Under the pieces are notes generated by a model, which saw only the letters and a program-made list of their open reading frames with translations, was not told where the DNA came from and made no database searches. A DNA stretch of 64,000 nucleotides from a virus (taxonomy: Duplodnaviria; Caudoviricetes), in the IMG/VR virus record IMGVR_UViG_3300020578_000034, positions 1 through 64,000 of that record. One strand, 5' to 3'. This document shows positions 1-9,769 of the stretch, one piece after another (the first letter of the stretch is position 1; every line of letters starts with the position of its first letter). Position numbers and translations under genes: made by a program.

Positions 1-93
1 GTTGTTCGGCGGCGTCGTGGACGGGATGGCGCCCCTCATCACGACGACCTTCGTCGTCGCCGTCAGTCTTTCCCTGCGTCCTATGAGCGCCAT
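1..93 (-). CDS. 5' end of the gene after the tape measure (probably tail/baseplate), truncated by the window edge
   Basis: ATG at 93-91 directly abuts the TAA of the tape measure gene; the frame (MALIGRRERLTATTKVVV...) is open to the edge. Confidence 0.55.
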   Translation of the reverse strand, partial: MALIGRRERLTATTKVVVMRGAIPSTTPPNN

Positions 94-3000
94 TTAGGTT
101 CTCTCCCTGTAGGCGCGTTGCTGCTGCTCGAGCGCGGCCACGACCTGGCGGGCGATGGCGGTCTCCGACTGGCCCGGTGCCCCGTACACGTTCAGGGTGA
201 CGTTCTGGTTCATGGTCCCGGCCGCCCCGGCGACGAGGCTCGACCGCGGGGTTCTGGTGTTGCCGATCGGCGGGACGACGTGCAGGTGCCTGCTGCCGGC
301 CCAGCCGTGGAACTCGGCGAAGCCCCCGGCGTTCGAGATCATCTTCTGGTACTGGCCGAGGTTGTCCCCGGTCAGGTCGTAGGCCCTCCCGGCGGCGTGG
401 TCGGAGCTCATGGACCCGAGGTTGTCGAAACGGAGCGCACTGGTGACGGTCCGCTTCCCCGTCAGCAAGGAGTTGAATTTTGCGTGGGCCGCCATCGTTC
501 CCCTCAGCGCCCTCGAGGTCGGGGTGTCCCCGACCCGACCCCTGCGGGGGGATCTGGTGTCCATTGCAATCAATTGCAGCGTGTTTCCCGTTGCCTGCCA
601 CTTGTAGTTCTTCATGTCGCCCCACCACTGCGGGGCTTCGCCCTCGAAGATTTCCGGCTTGTTGTCGAAGGCCGTCGTGATCGCGTTGGCTATCTCATTC
701 GCGAAACTCCTCTCGGCTTCGGTCGTGAATCCGACATCGCCGGCTATCTCGTAGACCTTGGAGGTCTCCGTGGCGAAAATCCCTTCGTCCAGCCGATCGG
801 CACCAGTGCCAAGACCGGTCGGCTTCATAATTGCGGCTGCCAGCGCCTGTCCGGCTGGGCCAATGCTCGACAGCTTGTCCAGATTGAGATTTCCGCCCTT
901 GTCCAGTAATTGCCCTGTTGTGACGAAATTGAGGAGGTTCGTCTTGGCCTGGTCGCCAATGTTTTCGTCCCCGAAGACGCCGCTGAGAAGACCCTTGAGC
1001 CTGTCGGCCGCTCCGACGTTCTTGAACACGAACCCTTGCTCGGCCATGCCCCCCATAATCTGTTGCATGCCGAGGCCCGAGATTTGCGATAGTTGCGTTT
1101 CGTACGCCGTTTGGGCCTCTGTCTGACCCTCGTTGGCGAACGCACCGAGCAGACCCGCGTCCATCTTTCCGAAAGCTCCCAGATTTCCCTGAGCGAAATC
1201 TCTGGTCGCCGAGAGGACGGCGAACGGGTTGTCCGGATTGTCCCTTGACGTCGTGGAGACGAGCAGCCTGGCGTAATCCCTGAAGTCGTCCATCGTGGCC
1301 GTTCCGCCCAGGCCCATCAGCCTCTCCTTGCTGGCAGTGAACGCCTGAACTTCCGCTCGCCTCTTGATCGATTCGTCGAACACGTTCAGCGACGCCGTGC
1401 CGATGTCCCTGATCGCCACTTTCATCTCGTCGACGGTCTTGCGAGTGGCGAGGCCAAGCGCCCCGATCTGCTCGGTCAGCGACTTGGTCGGGTCGCCCAG
1501 GTTCACGTCCATCTTGGAGCCGAGCTCCATGATCTCCCTCTCGGTCTTCCCGGTCATCTTGGCGAGGTGCTGGACCACGAAATTGCCGCGTTTCATCATG
1601 ATGTCGGCGACCTCGAATCTCCCGAGACCCTCGCTGGGGAGGAACAGCTCGCCCCTCGCGGTTTTGCCCCTCGTCCCGCCCTCCGTGCCGCGCGCGAAGA
1701 AGTCCTCGGCCCTTCGTATCTTGGTGTTGGCGACCTTTTCGCCCGCCGAGTTGATCGTGAATCCGAGATTTTCCTCCTGGAACCCCGTCACAAAGGCGTC
1801 AAAACTGTCCATCGCCCCGGTATCGCCACCCCTTGCCTGCTTCAGATACTCCTGCATCTTCTTGTAATCCGACTTCAACATCACGCCGGTGTTCTTCATT
1901 CCCTCGAGAATTTGGGATCTGGTGGCGTTCAGGTCCAGGTTCATTTGGTAGGCGGAGCCGGGTTGGTTGTACATACCCTTTATTTTTTGTTGGCCCGCGA
2001 CGAGGGTTCCTATGCCCATTTCACCGACCCTCTTCTGGTGCTTGTCGATCTGGCTGATCCCTCTCTGGAAGCTGCTACCACCCTTGGTCTGGACCAACCT
2101 GCCCGTTTTCGGGTCCACCCTCGCGCCGACCATGGCCGCGACGATCTGACCGCTCATTCTTTCGCCGATGCCGGCACCGATCTTTCTGGCCTCCTTCTCG
2201 CGGTTGCCCTGCGCCCTGAAGAAGCCGGCTATGCCACCGACCAGCGCGGAGCCACCGATGATCGCGGCCTTGGCGAGCGGACCGGCAGGTCCAAGGACGG
2301 GGGCGAGCGCGTCGCTGATCGTCTTTCCGACTGCGGCGCCGGCGAGCGCCCCGCCCATTGCGGACTTGGAGGAGCTGGTCGATTTCATCAGCGTCAGACC
2401 GGCGGCGATTCCCATTCCTCGGGCTCCGAACATCGCCCCCACTCCGAGGGCGTTGTTGGCCGCCGACTGCATGTCCTTGTCGCCGATTTTGCTCGTCACC
2501 CCCGTGGAAAGGAGCATGCCGCCCATCAACCCCATCATCGGGTTGAACGTTTTGCGCATGCTCGCCTGGGCGGCCTCGCCCGTGCCCTTGAACATGGCGC
2601 CGGTGCGACCCTTGAACTGCTCCCTCGCGAACGCCCGTTCCGCCGCCCTTTTGTTCTTTAATTCGCCGGTTTCCTTGTCGACGTACTTTCCCTGGCCCTG
2701 CCTGTCCTTCTCGATGAATTCGTTGAAAGCCGTCAACCTCGCCTTCTGCAGGTCGGTGGCTTGAAAGGCAGCCAAATGTCCCAACCCCATGGCGGCGCCC
2801 CCAGCGGCTAGTCGCGCCTGATCCAAATCGCGCGCCATCGTCTTGCCGCTGAGGGTCTTGAAAATTCCCTCCCTCTGGACGGAAGCCGTGCTCACGCCGT
2901 CGAAGGACCCCTGTACGGTGCCACCACGCAGGAACTCCCTGAGGGTGCCCTTCCCGTACATGAGGTCCCTCTGGGCGTTCCGCATTTTCATGTGCTGCTC

Positions 3001-5262
3001 GACGATGGGGGTCTGTGCCGCCGCAATAATCTTGGCTTGCTTGTCCGCGGAGAGCATCGCGAACCCCGCCGCACCGCCCCTGGCGTAGGTGTTTCGGGCA
3101 TTTTGTTCGGCTGCATCCAAGCTTCTCTTCAGCTGCACCGAGTTGAGGTCCCCACGACCCCCAACGTTGAATGCCCGATGGTCTGTCATGTAGGCTCGGT
3201 AAGCTTTCGCGTCGGCGAAACCGGTCCTCTCGAAGCCGTTTCTCGAGAACGTCATCACGTTTTTCCCGAGGCCCATCATCTCCGCACCCTTGACCAAGGT
3301 TCTGTCGCGAGGGAATACGCCCGGGTCGTGGTACGACCTTCCCGCGTCCTTCATGTTCTGGACGTAGGCCACGTTGGCCGCGACCTCGGCGGGGGTCAGC
3401 CTCATGGTGGCGGCGTTACCCGAGTACCTTGACCTCGAGAACATCGCCGGGATGCCGCCGAAAATGCTCCGTGGGGAATTGCGCGCCCCGTAGACCGATG
3501 CCTGGTTCGTCAGGTCCTTGACCGTTCCGCCGCCGCGCCTGCGCATCCTGTAGGCCGTCCTGCTTCCCTTGAACCCGCCGAACAGCAGGCCGAGGGTGAA
3601 TAGCGAGCCGATGCCCGGTCCGAGACCGCCTCCGACCGTTCCGCTGGGTCCGCCGCCGGATCCGCCCATGCCGAGGAACCCCTCGCCGCCCCCCAGTTTG
3701 AACGTTCCGATTCCCCTCACGAGTGACGCCATCCCGTTGATCAGTTTGGTGAGGATGTTCACGATCGAGGTGAGCACGGGCAGCGCCTCGGTGAACGCCA
3801 CCTTGAGCGCGCCGAACCAGTCGCCGATTGCGAATATCAGGTTCTCCAGCGCGCTCCCCCAGGCCTTGAACTGCTCCTCGTTGTCCTCGGCGAGGTAGCC
3901 GAGGGACTCGGCGTTCCTGCCGAAGATCCTGAAAATGGCGAGCAGCGGGCCCTTGAAGGTCTCGCTGATTATGCGCGACCCCTCGCGGAACTTCTCGAGC
4001 GAGTTCTTGAACTGGTTGAACGACTTCATGAACGACGCCGACGTCCTCTTGAACCACTCCGAGGCTCCGAACAGCATCGGCAGGTACTTCCTGACGAGGG
4101 TGACGGAGAATTTCTCGAGCGCGTTGCCTATCGTCGTTATCGCCGGGAACAGCTTGTTCTTGCCGAAATAGGTGAACTCCGGCGCCAGCCTCGCCAGCAC
4201 GTTGCGCACGTTCTTGAATAGACCGTCGAGCACCTCGCGGGTGTCGTTGAGGAACTGTTCTCCGAAGTCGGCCATGTCCGTCGCGAGGGCGACGGTTATC
4301 TGCTTGAACTGCGCGACGAGTGTCCCCTTCATCGACCCGAACTCGCCGCTGACGCCCGCCTGCTGGGCGAGCTTGCCGCTCGCCATGGACGCCATGATGC
4401 TCGCCGCGTCCTTGCCCTTCGACTTCTTTATCGCCTCCGCGAACTCCTTGCTGACCCCCGACGCCGCCGTGCTCGCCTTGCCGGTGACCTTGCCCTCCTT
4501 CTGCAGTATCGCGACGAAGTTCGCCATCGCCTGGAACGACTTGCCCTGGTCCTGCGACCTGGCGGTGAAGTCCATGGCGCCGGACAGCGCCTTGGTCTGC
4601 GCCCCGGTGACCCTGCCCTGCTGGGACATCGCCTTGTACGCCTGCGTCAGGTTCGTGACGCCCATCGTCGCGAGGTTGGTGTCGGTGTACAGTCCCCTCA
4701 TCGCGGCCGCCGCCGCCCCGGTCGCCGAGCCGTAGACGTTGGCGCCCTTGTACTGCCATGCCGAAGCCGCGGCGTTGAACTCCCTGAACGCCGCCACCGC
4801 AGTCGTCGCGGCCACGGCCACCGTGGCCAGCGCGGCTCCGACGGCTCCGAGGGTGAGGTTGTACCCCTTGGCCACTATCTGGCCCGTCTTGAACAGCAGG
4901 TTGACCGACGCGAGCGTCGCCGCCGTTATCACGAACTCGGCGGCGAGGGCGATCAATTGGAAGAAGAGCAGTCTCGCCGCCTTCTTGAAAAAACCCATCA
5001 CCCTCGCGCCCGCGGTAAGGTTCTTCTGGAGTCTCTTGCCGGAGTTGTCCAGCGCCGAGAATCTCTTCCTCATCGCGGCCATCGGCTCGTCGGCTTCCCT
5101 GGCCGTCCTCGACATCCGCCTCGTCGATTCCCTGAACCTGTCGCCGGATTCGCTCGCGCGATCGGCAGCCTCGGAGAACGCCTGTATCTCGGCGAGGACC
5201 TGCGCCATGTCGCGGCGGTTCGCCTCGAAATCTATGCGTATTGTGACTATTTCGTCGGGCAA
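94..5262 (-). CDS. Tail tape measure protein with C-terminal M15/DD-peptidase-like domain
   Basis: 1722 aa, Ala/Gly-rich and helical with hydrophobic segments; follows tube and chaperone genes; C-terminal SSDHAAGRAYD and RHLHV motifs. Confidence 0.9.
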   Translation of the reverse strand: MPDEIVTIRIDFEANRRDMAQVLAEIQAFSEAADRASESGDRFRESTRRMSRTAREADEPMAAMRKRFSALDNSGKRLQKNLTAGARVMGFFKKAARLLFFQLIALAAEFVITAATLASVNLLFKTGQIVAKGYNLTLGAVGAALATVAVAATTAVAAFREFNAAASAWQYKGANVYGSATGAAAAAMRGLYTDTNLATMGVTNLTQAYKAMSQQGRVTGAQTKALSGAMDFTARSQDQGKSFQAMANFVAILQKEGKVTGKASTAASGVSKEFAEAIKKSKGKDAASIMASMASGKLAQQAGVSGEFGSMKGTLVAQFKQITVALATDMADFGEQFLNDTREVLDGLFKNVRNVLARLAPEFTYFGKNKLFPAITTIGNALEKFSVTLVRKYLPMLFGASEWFKRTSASFMKSFNQFKNSLEKFREGSRIISETFKGPLLAIFRIFGRNAESLGYLAEDNEEQFKAWGSALENLIFAIGDWFGALKVAFTEALPVLTSIVNILTKLINGMASLVRGIGTFKLGGGEGFLGMGGSGGGPSGTVGGGLGPGIGSLFTLGLLFGGFKGSRTAYRMRRRGGGTVKDLTNQASVYGARNSPRSIFGGIPAMFSRSRYSGNAATMRLTPAEVAANVAYVQNMKDAGRSYHDPGVFPRDRTLVKGAEMMGLGKNVMTFSRNGFERTGFADAKAYRAYMTDHRAFNVGGRGDLNSVQLKRSLDAAEQNARNTYARGGAAGFAMLSADKQAKIIAAAQTPIVEQHMKMRNAQRDLMYGKGTLREFLRGGTVQGSFDGVSTASVQREGIFKTLSGKTMARDLDQARLAAGGAAMGLGHLAAFQATDLQKARLTAFNEFIEKDRQGQGKYVDKETGELKNKRAAERAFAREQFKGRTGAMFKGTGEAAQASMRKTFNPMMGLMGGMLLSTGVTSKIGDKDMQSAANNALGVGAMFGARGMGIAAGLTLMKSTSSSKSAMGGALAGAAVGKTISDALAPVLGPAGPLAKAAIIGGSALVGGIAGFFRAQGNREKEARKIGAGIGERMSGQIVAAMVGARVDPKTGRLVQTKGGSSFQRGISQIDKHQKRVGEMGIGTLVAGQQKIKGMYNQPGSAYQMNLDLNATRSQILEGMKNTGVMLKSDYKKMQEYLKQARGGDTGAMDSFDAFVTGFQEENLGFTINSAGEKVANTKIRRAEDFFARGTEGGTRGKTARGELFLPSEGLGRFEVADIMMKRGNFVVQHLAKMTGKTEREIMELGSKMDVNLGDPTKSLTEQIGALGLATRKTVDEMKVAIRDIGTASLNVFDESIKRRAEVQAFTASKERLMGLGGTATMDDFRDYARLLVSTTSRDNPDNPFAVLSATRDFAQGNLGAFGKMDAGLLGAFANEGQTEAQTAYETQLSQISGLGMQQIMGGMAEQGFVFKNVGAADRLKGLLSGVFGDENIGDQAKTNLLNFVTTGQLLDKGGNLNLDKLSSIGPAGQALAAAIMKPTGLGTGADRLDEGIFATETSKVYEIAGDVGFTTEAERSFANEIANAITTAFDNKPEIFEGEAPQWWGDMKNYKWQATGNTLQLIAMDTRSPRRGRVGDTPTSRALRGTMAAHAKFNSLLTGKRTVTSALRFDNLGSMSSDHAAGRAYDLTGDNLGQYQKMISNAGGFAEFHGWAGSRHLHVVPPIGNTRTPRSSLVAGAAGTMNQNVTLNVYGAPGQSETAIARQVVAALEQQQRAYRERT

Positions 5263-5292
5263 GATCGGCTCCCAGCAATCGGGCTTCCCGGA

Positions 5293-5496
5293 CTAGCCAG
5301 AGTTATCCGCTTCTTTTCGTTCCCTCTCGCGGTCCGCAGATATAACTTTAGCACAGGCGTATCTGACCAGCCACTCGTGCAGCGGGGAGTCAAGCAACCT
5401 GACGGGGTCCGTACCCCATAGCTCCCCTAATCGAGCGGCGGCTACGACGCGGTTGTCTTCCGACAACTCCTCGATTAGTTCTTCGTAGGGTTTTCC
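5293..5496 (-). CDS. -1 frameshift extension of the tail assembly chaperone (gpGT-like)
   Basis: Slippery G-GAA-AAC at 5496-5490; the -1 frame reads KPYEELIEELSEDNRVVAAARLGELWGTDPVRLL...DNSG* with no ATG of its own and fills the gap to the tape measure gene. Confidence 0.8.
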   Translation of the reverse strand, partial: GKPYEELIEELSEDNRVVAAARLGELWGTDPVRLLDSPLHEWLVRYACAKVISADRERERKEADNSG

Positions 5497-5969
5497 GTTG
5501 ACTCAGCCTGGATCGTGTCGCCGAAACCGCAGGCGTCGATGATCGCCAGCGCGGCGGCCTCGACGTGCGCGTCGATGCCGAAGAATTTCTGCACGCAGTC
5601 CGGGATCGCCTTGTCGGTGCCCGTCATCTCCAGGATCGGCTTGGATGCGAACCCGACCGGCCACGAGTCGTCGAGGACCTCCTCGCCCTGCAGGAAGACG
5701 CCCTTGGTCGAGTGGGCGACGACGGTGCAGGCGAACTTGGTCGCGTCGAGACCCTTCTGTGTCTCGCTGCCGCACTGCTTCTGCCAGTTGCGGATCTGGG
5801 CTTGCGTTAGGTTCGGGCTGACGAGCAGCTTGACGCCGGGTCGCTCGGGGACCTCGATGTACACCCTCGGTCTCTCCACCTTCTTGGCAATGACGGCCTT
5901 GAGCTGGTCGAGCAGGGTTGGTTCTTGAGCGTTTGTTGGTTGCATGTTTGCTGGTGTGATTTCGTCCAT
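5475..5969 (-). CDS. Tail assembly chaperone (gpG-like)
   Basis: 164 aa between tube and tape measure genes; ends ...ENPTKN* across the slippery site. Confidence 0.8.
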   Translation of the reverse strand: MDEITPANMQPTNAQEPTLLDQLKAVIAKKVERPRVYIEVPERPGVKLLVSPNLTQAQIRNWQKQCGSETQKGLDATKFACTVVAHSTKGVFLQGEEVLDDSWPVGFASKPILEMTGTDKAIPDCVQKFFGIDAHVEAAALAIIDACGFGDTIQAESTENPTKN

Positions 5970-5984
5970 GTTGGAAACCTAGCA
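5970..5984 (-). promoter_or_regulatory. Extended -10 promoter, probably giving a leaderless mRNA
   Basis: TGc-TAGGTT, 6 nt, then the ATG of the chaperone gene; no SD. Confidence 0.5.
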
Positions 5985-6028
5985 CGTCGCCGCGCCGCGT
6001 GGCGCAACCCCCTGTTACTGACCCGGGA

Positions 6029-6478
6029 TCAGGTGTACACCATCTCCGTCGGCTTGCCGTTGACCGAGAAGGTCATGGCGAAGGTCGCCGGGGCTCCCGA
6101 CGAGGCGTCCCCGTCCGGTTCGGTGAGACCGACGAGCAGACACTTGGTGTACTGCCTGTCGGGCTTGGCATCGGCGACGTCGCAGTTGGCGTAGTAGATG
6201 GTGATGTCGTAGATGGCCCTGCCCACGTGCTGCCTGAGGACGTTGAGCTGGGGCCTGTCCGCGTCGGAGTAGTGACGGGTTACCGTGACGTCGCCGACCT
6301 CGGACGGGGCGCAGAGCAGTTCCGGGAACTTCTCCCCGCCGACGTAGATCTTCTCCACCGCGGCCGTGATTTCGCCGCCAGAGACCTGGGCGAAGAACTC
6401 GCCCATGTCGGGGAAGGGTGACGGCGTGTTGCTCGGCTGGATCTTAGCCAGAATTTGCCGTTGGGTGTACTTTGCCAT
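6029..6478 (-). CDS. Tail tube protein
   Basis: 149 aa directly after the sheath; F..VSGG, VTVTR and AMTFSV pattern typical of contractile-tail tubes. Confidence 0.8.
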   Translation of the reverse strand: MAKYTQRQILAKIQPSNTPSPFPDMGEFFAQVSGGEITAAVEKIYVGGEKFPELLCAPSEVGDVTVTRHYSDADRPQLNVLRQHVGRAIYDITIYYANCDVADAKPDRQYTKCLLVGLTEPDGDASSGAPATFAMTFSVNGKPTEMVYT

Positions 6479-6493
6479 GTTTTTTTCCTCCGA

Positions 6494-7954
6494 TTAGGCC
6501 AGAGATGCGGTAAGGTTTGACTTGCTGATCTCGACCTCAATCGTTTCACCGAGCGACGAGACCCTCAATCCGACGCGAGCCTTGACCGTGCCGGTCGCCA
6601 GCTGTGTCACCGGGTTGAGTTGTTCGTTGACCGTCACCTTGTATCCAGGGTCGATCAATTTTCCGCTATCCGTGTAGCTCGGGTAGAGGGCTCCAGCCTG
6701 AGAAAGTGGCTCGAGGATTCCGACCAGCGTCGCCTTGACCTCCCCGAACAGCGTCCCCCTGCCGTCTATGACGCTGAAGACGAGCCGTTCGAGCCTTGCC
6801 TCCGCCTGCGAGATGACGTAGTTGACCAGTTCCTTGGCCGTGATGAACCTGTAGTTGTCCGTGTCCGAGGACGCGGACCTCGCTCCGTAGATCCTGATGT
6901 CTCCGTTGATGACCCTGATCGGGTTCACGTAACCGTCGTTCAGGGCGTTCGCGTCGGCGTTGGTGAGAGTCGCGAAGGTGCCCTTGGCGAAGTCGGCGTT
7001 CGTGGAGATGCCTGCGTAAGCCGTCCACGGACCTTTCTCGTTGTGCAGCTTGGCTCTCTTGCCGGCGACGTAACCCTCGCACGGGCTGGAGAGCATCAGG
7101 CCGTTCCTCTCGACCTTGATCCACGGGTAGTACCAGGCGGAGAACTCCGCGCCAGTGTGTCCGGCGAGGTCCCCGGCCGTATCGATCACGTCGTCGATGT
7201 CTTCGTCCCTGTCGAAGCCGAGGATAGCTATCCTCGAGTTCTCGGCGGCGTGCTCCATGAGCGCTTCCCACGTGTCCTCGCCGTAGACCCCGGGGGTGCA
7301 AACGGAGCCCGTGCCGAGCGTCCTCACGAAGTAGTCGAGCGCCGATGCCACCTGCGCGTCGGTCGGGGCCGCGCCGGCCAAGCCGCCCGAGAACGAAACA
7401 CTGGCCGCCACGGCTGGAATTCCCGTGCCGGCGCCGGCAGCAGCCGTCACGTACAGTGAGGCGACTTCGCTGTTGTTGATTTCCTCAACGGCGTCGGATT
7501 GGTTCGTGAGCACCGGGGTCGAGTAGACGACCACGTCGTCCAGGAGGATTCTGATCCTGAAGGTGGAGCCGGCCGTCGGTTGCGTCACCTCGGCCTTGAG
7601 CTGTGTGTTCGCCCATTCTCCCTCGCCAGATGCGGTGAGGGCGAGGACGGCCGCGGGCGTCGCGGCGGCGTTGTTCAAGTTTGCCGTCGCCGCGGCCGCG
7701 CCAGTGCCGATTGCCCTCGACACATAAGCCCTGGAGCCACCTTCCTCAAAGAAGGTCTGGAGGGTTTGGTGGACGTACCCCGTTGCGGTGTAACCGCCGT
7801 AGATGTCCTCGAATTCGGCGAGACTCTGGACGAGAAATGCCTTCCCCTCCGGTCCGCGGGTCGTTACCCCGGCGACGAATAGGGTGGATGTCGGCGAAAC
7901 GGTGAGTGACGACGGGCCGGTTACCACCGACGTCGATAAGACTATTCCAGGCAT
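6494..7954 (-). CDS. Contractile tail sheath protein
   Basis: MPGI start, FFEEGG, YYPW, VNPIR..IYGARS and Y..TVNEQLN motifs; GGAGG SD. Confidence 0.92.
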   Translation of the reverse strand: MPGIVLSTSVVTGPSSLTVSPTSTLFVAGVTTRGPEGKAFLVQSLAEFEDIYGGYTATGYVHQTLQTFFEEGGSRAYVSRAIGTGAAAATANLNNAAATPAAVLALTASGEGEWANTQLKAEVTQPTAGSTFRIRILLDDVVVYSTPVLTNQSDAVEEINNSEVASLYVTAAAGAGTGIPAVAASVSFSGGLAGAAPTDAQVASALDYFVRTLGTGSVCTPGVYGEDTWEALMEHAAENSRIAILGFDRDEDIDDVIDTAGDLAGHTGAEFSAWYYPWIKVERNGLMLSSPCEGYVAGKRAKLHNEKGPWTAYAGISTNADFAKGTFATLTNADANALNDGYVNPIRVINGDIRIYGARSASSDTDNYRFITAKELVNYVISQAEARLERLVFSVIDGRGTLFGEVKATLVGILEPLSQAGALYPSYTDSGKLIDPGYKVTVNEQLNPVTQLATGTVKARVGLRVSSLGETIEVEISKSNLTASLA

Positions 7955-7991
7955 TTACGATCCTCCGTTGTGGGGGTTTTGCTCAATAGGA

Positions 7992-8000
7992 ATGATAGCA
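7992..8000 (-). promoter_or_regulatory. Extended -10 promoter upstream of the sheath gene
   Basis: TGc-TATCAT in an AT-rich gap, inside a small GGAATG/CATTCC inverted repeat. Confidence 0.5.
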
Positions 8001-8033
8001 TTCCGACTGCTTTTCAAACTACACGTTTTTGAA

Positions 8034-8435
8034 TTAGTCATTTTTCTCGGTAGTCTCGTTGTGTTCGGGTGCGGTTTGCGGAGCTGGATCGGCGGGTTGC
8101 TCCTGCTGGGCGACCTCGCTGGTCTCAGAATCCGCGCGGGCAGCAGTATCCCCTGCCGAAGCTTTGTCTTTTGGGTCGGCCTTCTTTTTCTGCTTCTTCT
8201 CGGCCTGCTCTGATTTGATACCTCCGTCCAGGACGGCCACGTTGCCCCTGGACACGGCCCTCTCGAGCGCCTTGGAGTTTTTCTGGACGTACGCCTGCTC
8301 CCCGGGGTTGAGCCGGTGCCCGTCATCGGTGACTCTGACCGTGATCGAAGTGACGTTGCGAACCACCACGTGTGACGATGGAATGTCTGTCTGGTCTGGG
8401 CCGTCTGATCCTGAGATCAAGATGAATTTTTCCAT
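8034..8435 (-). CDS. Hypothetical virion-module protein
   Basis: 133 aa; abuts the upstream stop codon and sits in the tail operon. Confidence 0.65.
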   Translation of the reverse strand: MEKFILISGSDGPDQTDIPSSHVVVRNVTSITVRVTDDGHRLNPGEQAYVQKNSKALERAVSRGNVAVLDGGIKSEQAEKKQKKKADPKDKASAGDTAARADSETSEVAQQEQPADPAPQTAPEHNETTEKND

Positions 8436-9056
8436 TTAGTCCTCCGGGTCGGGGATGCCGTCGGTCAATTTTACACTTTCCACCCCTAGGTCCGTGCCGA
8501 CGTAGTCCGCGATCTTCTCCCGGACTATGGGCTCCTCTATTTTCAGCTCGTAACCGACGTAGGCTCCGGCGAGGTAACGGTCGCCCTTCAGCAGCGTCAG
8601 TTCTGAGTACTCCTCGCTGATCGTCGACTCGTCAATCACCGCCTGCCTCTCCGGATTCCTCCTTTTCAGGCACGGATGATCCATGAGGGCGGAGCGGACC
8701 ACGACGATGAGCCTGTCCCTCATCACCGTGACGGACTTCTCCCCCTCCGTCCTGGCCCACACGTAGGTCCTCATGTTGTAGGACACCTCGTACTCGGGGT
8801 CGCCGTACCTCATGTGACCGACCCTCGTGAATCCGCGACCGGACAACGAGACGGTGATTACCATCGGCCAGACGTCCATCGTCGCCGGTTCGTAGTCCAG
8901 GTACTCGGCGGGGTCCGGCATCTCGTCGTTGGAGGCCCCCCAGTAGTTCCTGTACTTGATGAGTCTCCTCGGAATCTCCACTTTCAGGTAGTCGTTGACG
9001 AACTGTTTCGCGAACTGCGGTCCGTACATCGCCTCAAAAGCGAGCGTCTCCGTCAT
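8436..9056 (-). CDS. Putative tail terminator/completion protein
   Basis: 206 aa; lies between neck and sheath genes; ATGA overlap with the upstream gene. Confidence 0.6.
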   Translation of the reverse strand: MTETLAFEAMYGPQFAKQFVNDYLKVEIPRRLIKYRNYWGASNDEMPDPAEYLDYEPATMDVWPMVITVSLSGRGFTRVGHMRYGDPEYEVSYNMRTYVWARTEGEKSVTVMRDRLIVVVRSALMDHPCLKRRNPERQAVIDESTISEEYSELTLLKGDRYLAGAYVGYELKIEEPIVREKIADYVGTDLGVESVKLTDGIPDPED

Positions 9057-9769
9057 CTCAGTTCCAGACCGCTCACGCCGTGATTGGCGACGTACTTGGC
9101 GAACACGCTGCCGACCGCCTTCGCGAAGCCGGGCCGCTCAAAGACCAGCCTACGCATCGGCATCTTCGTCGTTCCGTACTGGTGCCACGTCGAGTACCTG
9201 ACCTTGTTGCCGAACTCAACGGAGTCGTCCGTTATCTTGTCCGTGCTCAGCCCTGTCGTCAGGCTCTCGAAGAGCCGACCGGTCGCCTGCATTGTGGGTT
9301 TGCCCGGGTATCTCAGCGCCTTCCACGCGCCGTAGGCCGGGCTCAATGGCGCCCAGCCGCCAGATGGGAGACCGTTGCTCAGGAAGTTCTCGGCGAACAT
9401 CAGCGCCACCTGCGGCTTTATGATCGTGATCGTGGGCGGAACGCAAACCTGCGCGCGCCCGTACATCTTGGCCATCATGGTGTAGACGCCGGCGAAGTGC
9501 GTGAGCGTCGGGTTGGAGCTGCTGGTGCGATCGTCGCCCATCTTGTGGATTCTCTTCTCGAGCATCCTTATTGACTTGACCGTCTTCGCGTAGCTCTTGT
9601 GGTTCACCTTGACGTCTATGCCGAGGCTGACCCCCTTGCCCCTGACCCCGGAGGTCCGGACGAAGTCGCGGCCGGTCGTGTCAATCGGGGCGGCCTCCCT
9701 CACCTTGTCCCCGGTGCTCTTGCGAGTCCTCTTTATTTGCTTCCTCCGCGGAAACAATTCGTCGACCAT
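9053..9769 (-). CDS. Virion morphogenesis/neck protein (Mu gpG-like)
   Basis: WAPLSPAY, TGRLFESL, FGNKVRYSTWHQYGTTKMPMR motifs. Confidence 0.8.
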   Translation of the reverse strand: MVDELFPRRKQIKRTRKSTGDKVREAAPIDTTGRDFVRTSGVRGKGVSLGIDVKVNHKSYAKTVKSIRMLEKRIHKMGDDRTSSSNPTLTHFAGVYTMMAKMYGRAQVCVPPTITIIKPQVALMFAENFLSNGLPSGGWAPLSPAYGAWKALRYPGKPTMQATGRLFESLTTGLSTDKITDDSVEFGNKVRYSTWHQYGTTKMPMRRLVFERPGFAKAVGSVFAKYVANHGVSGLELR

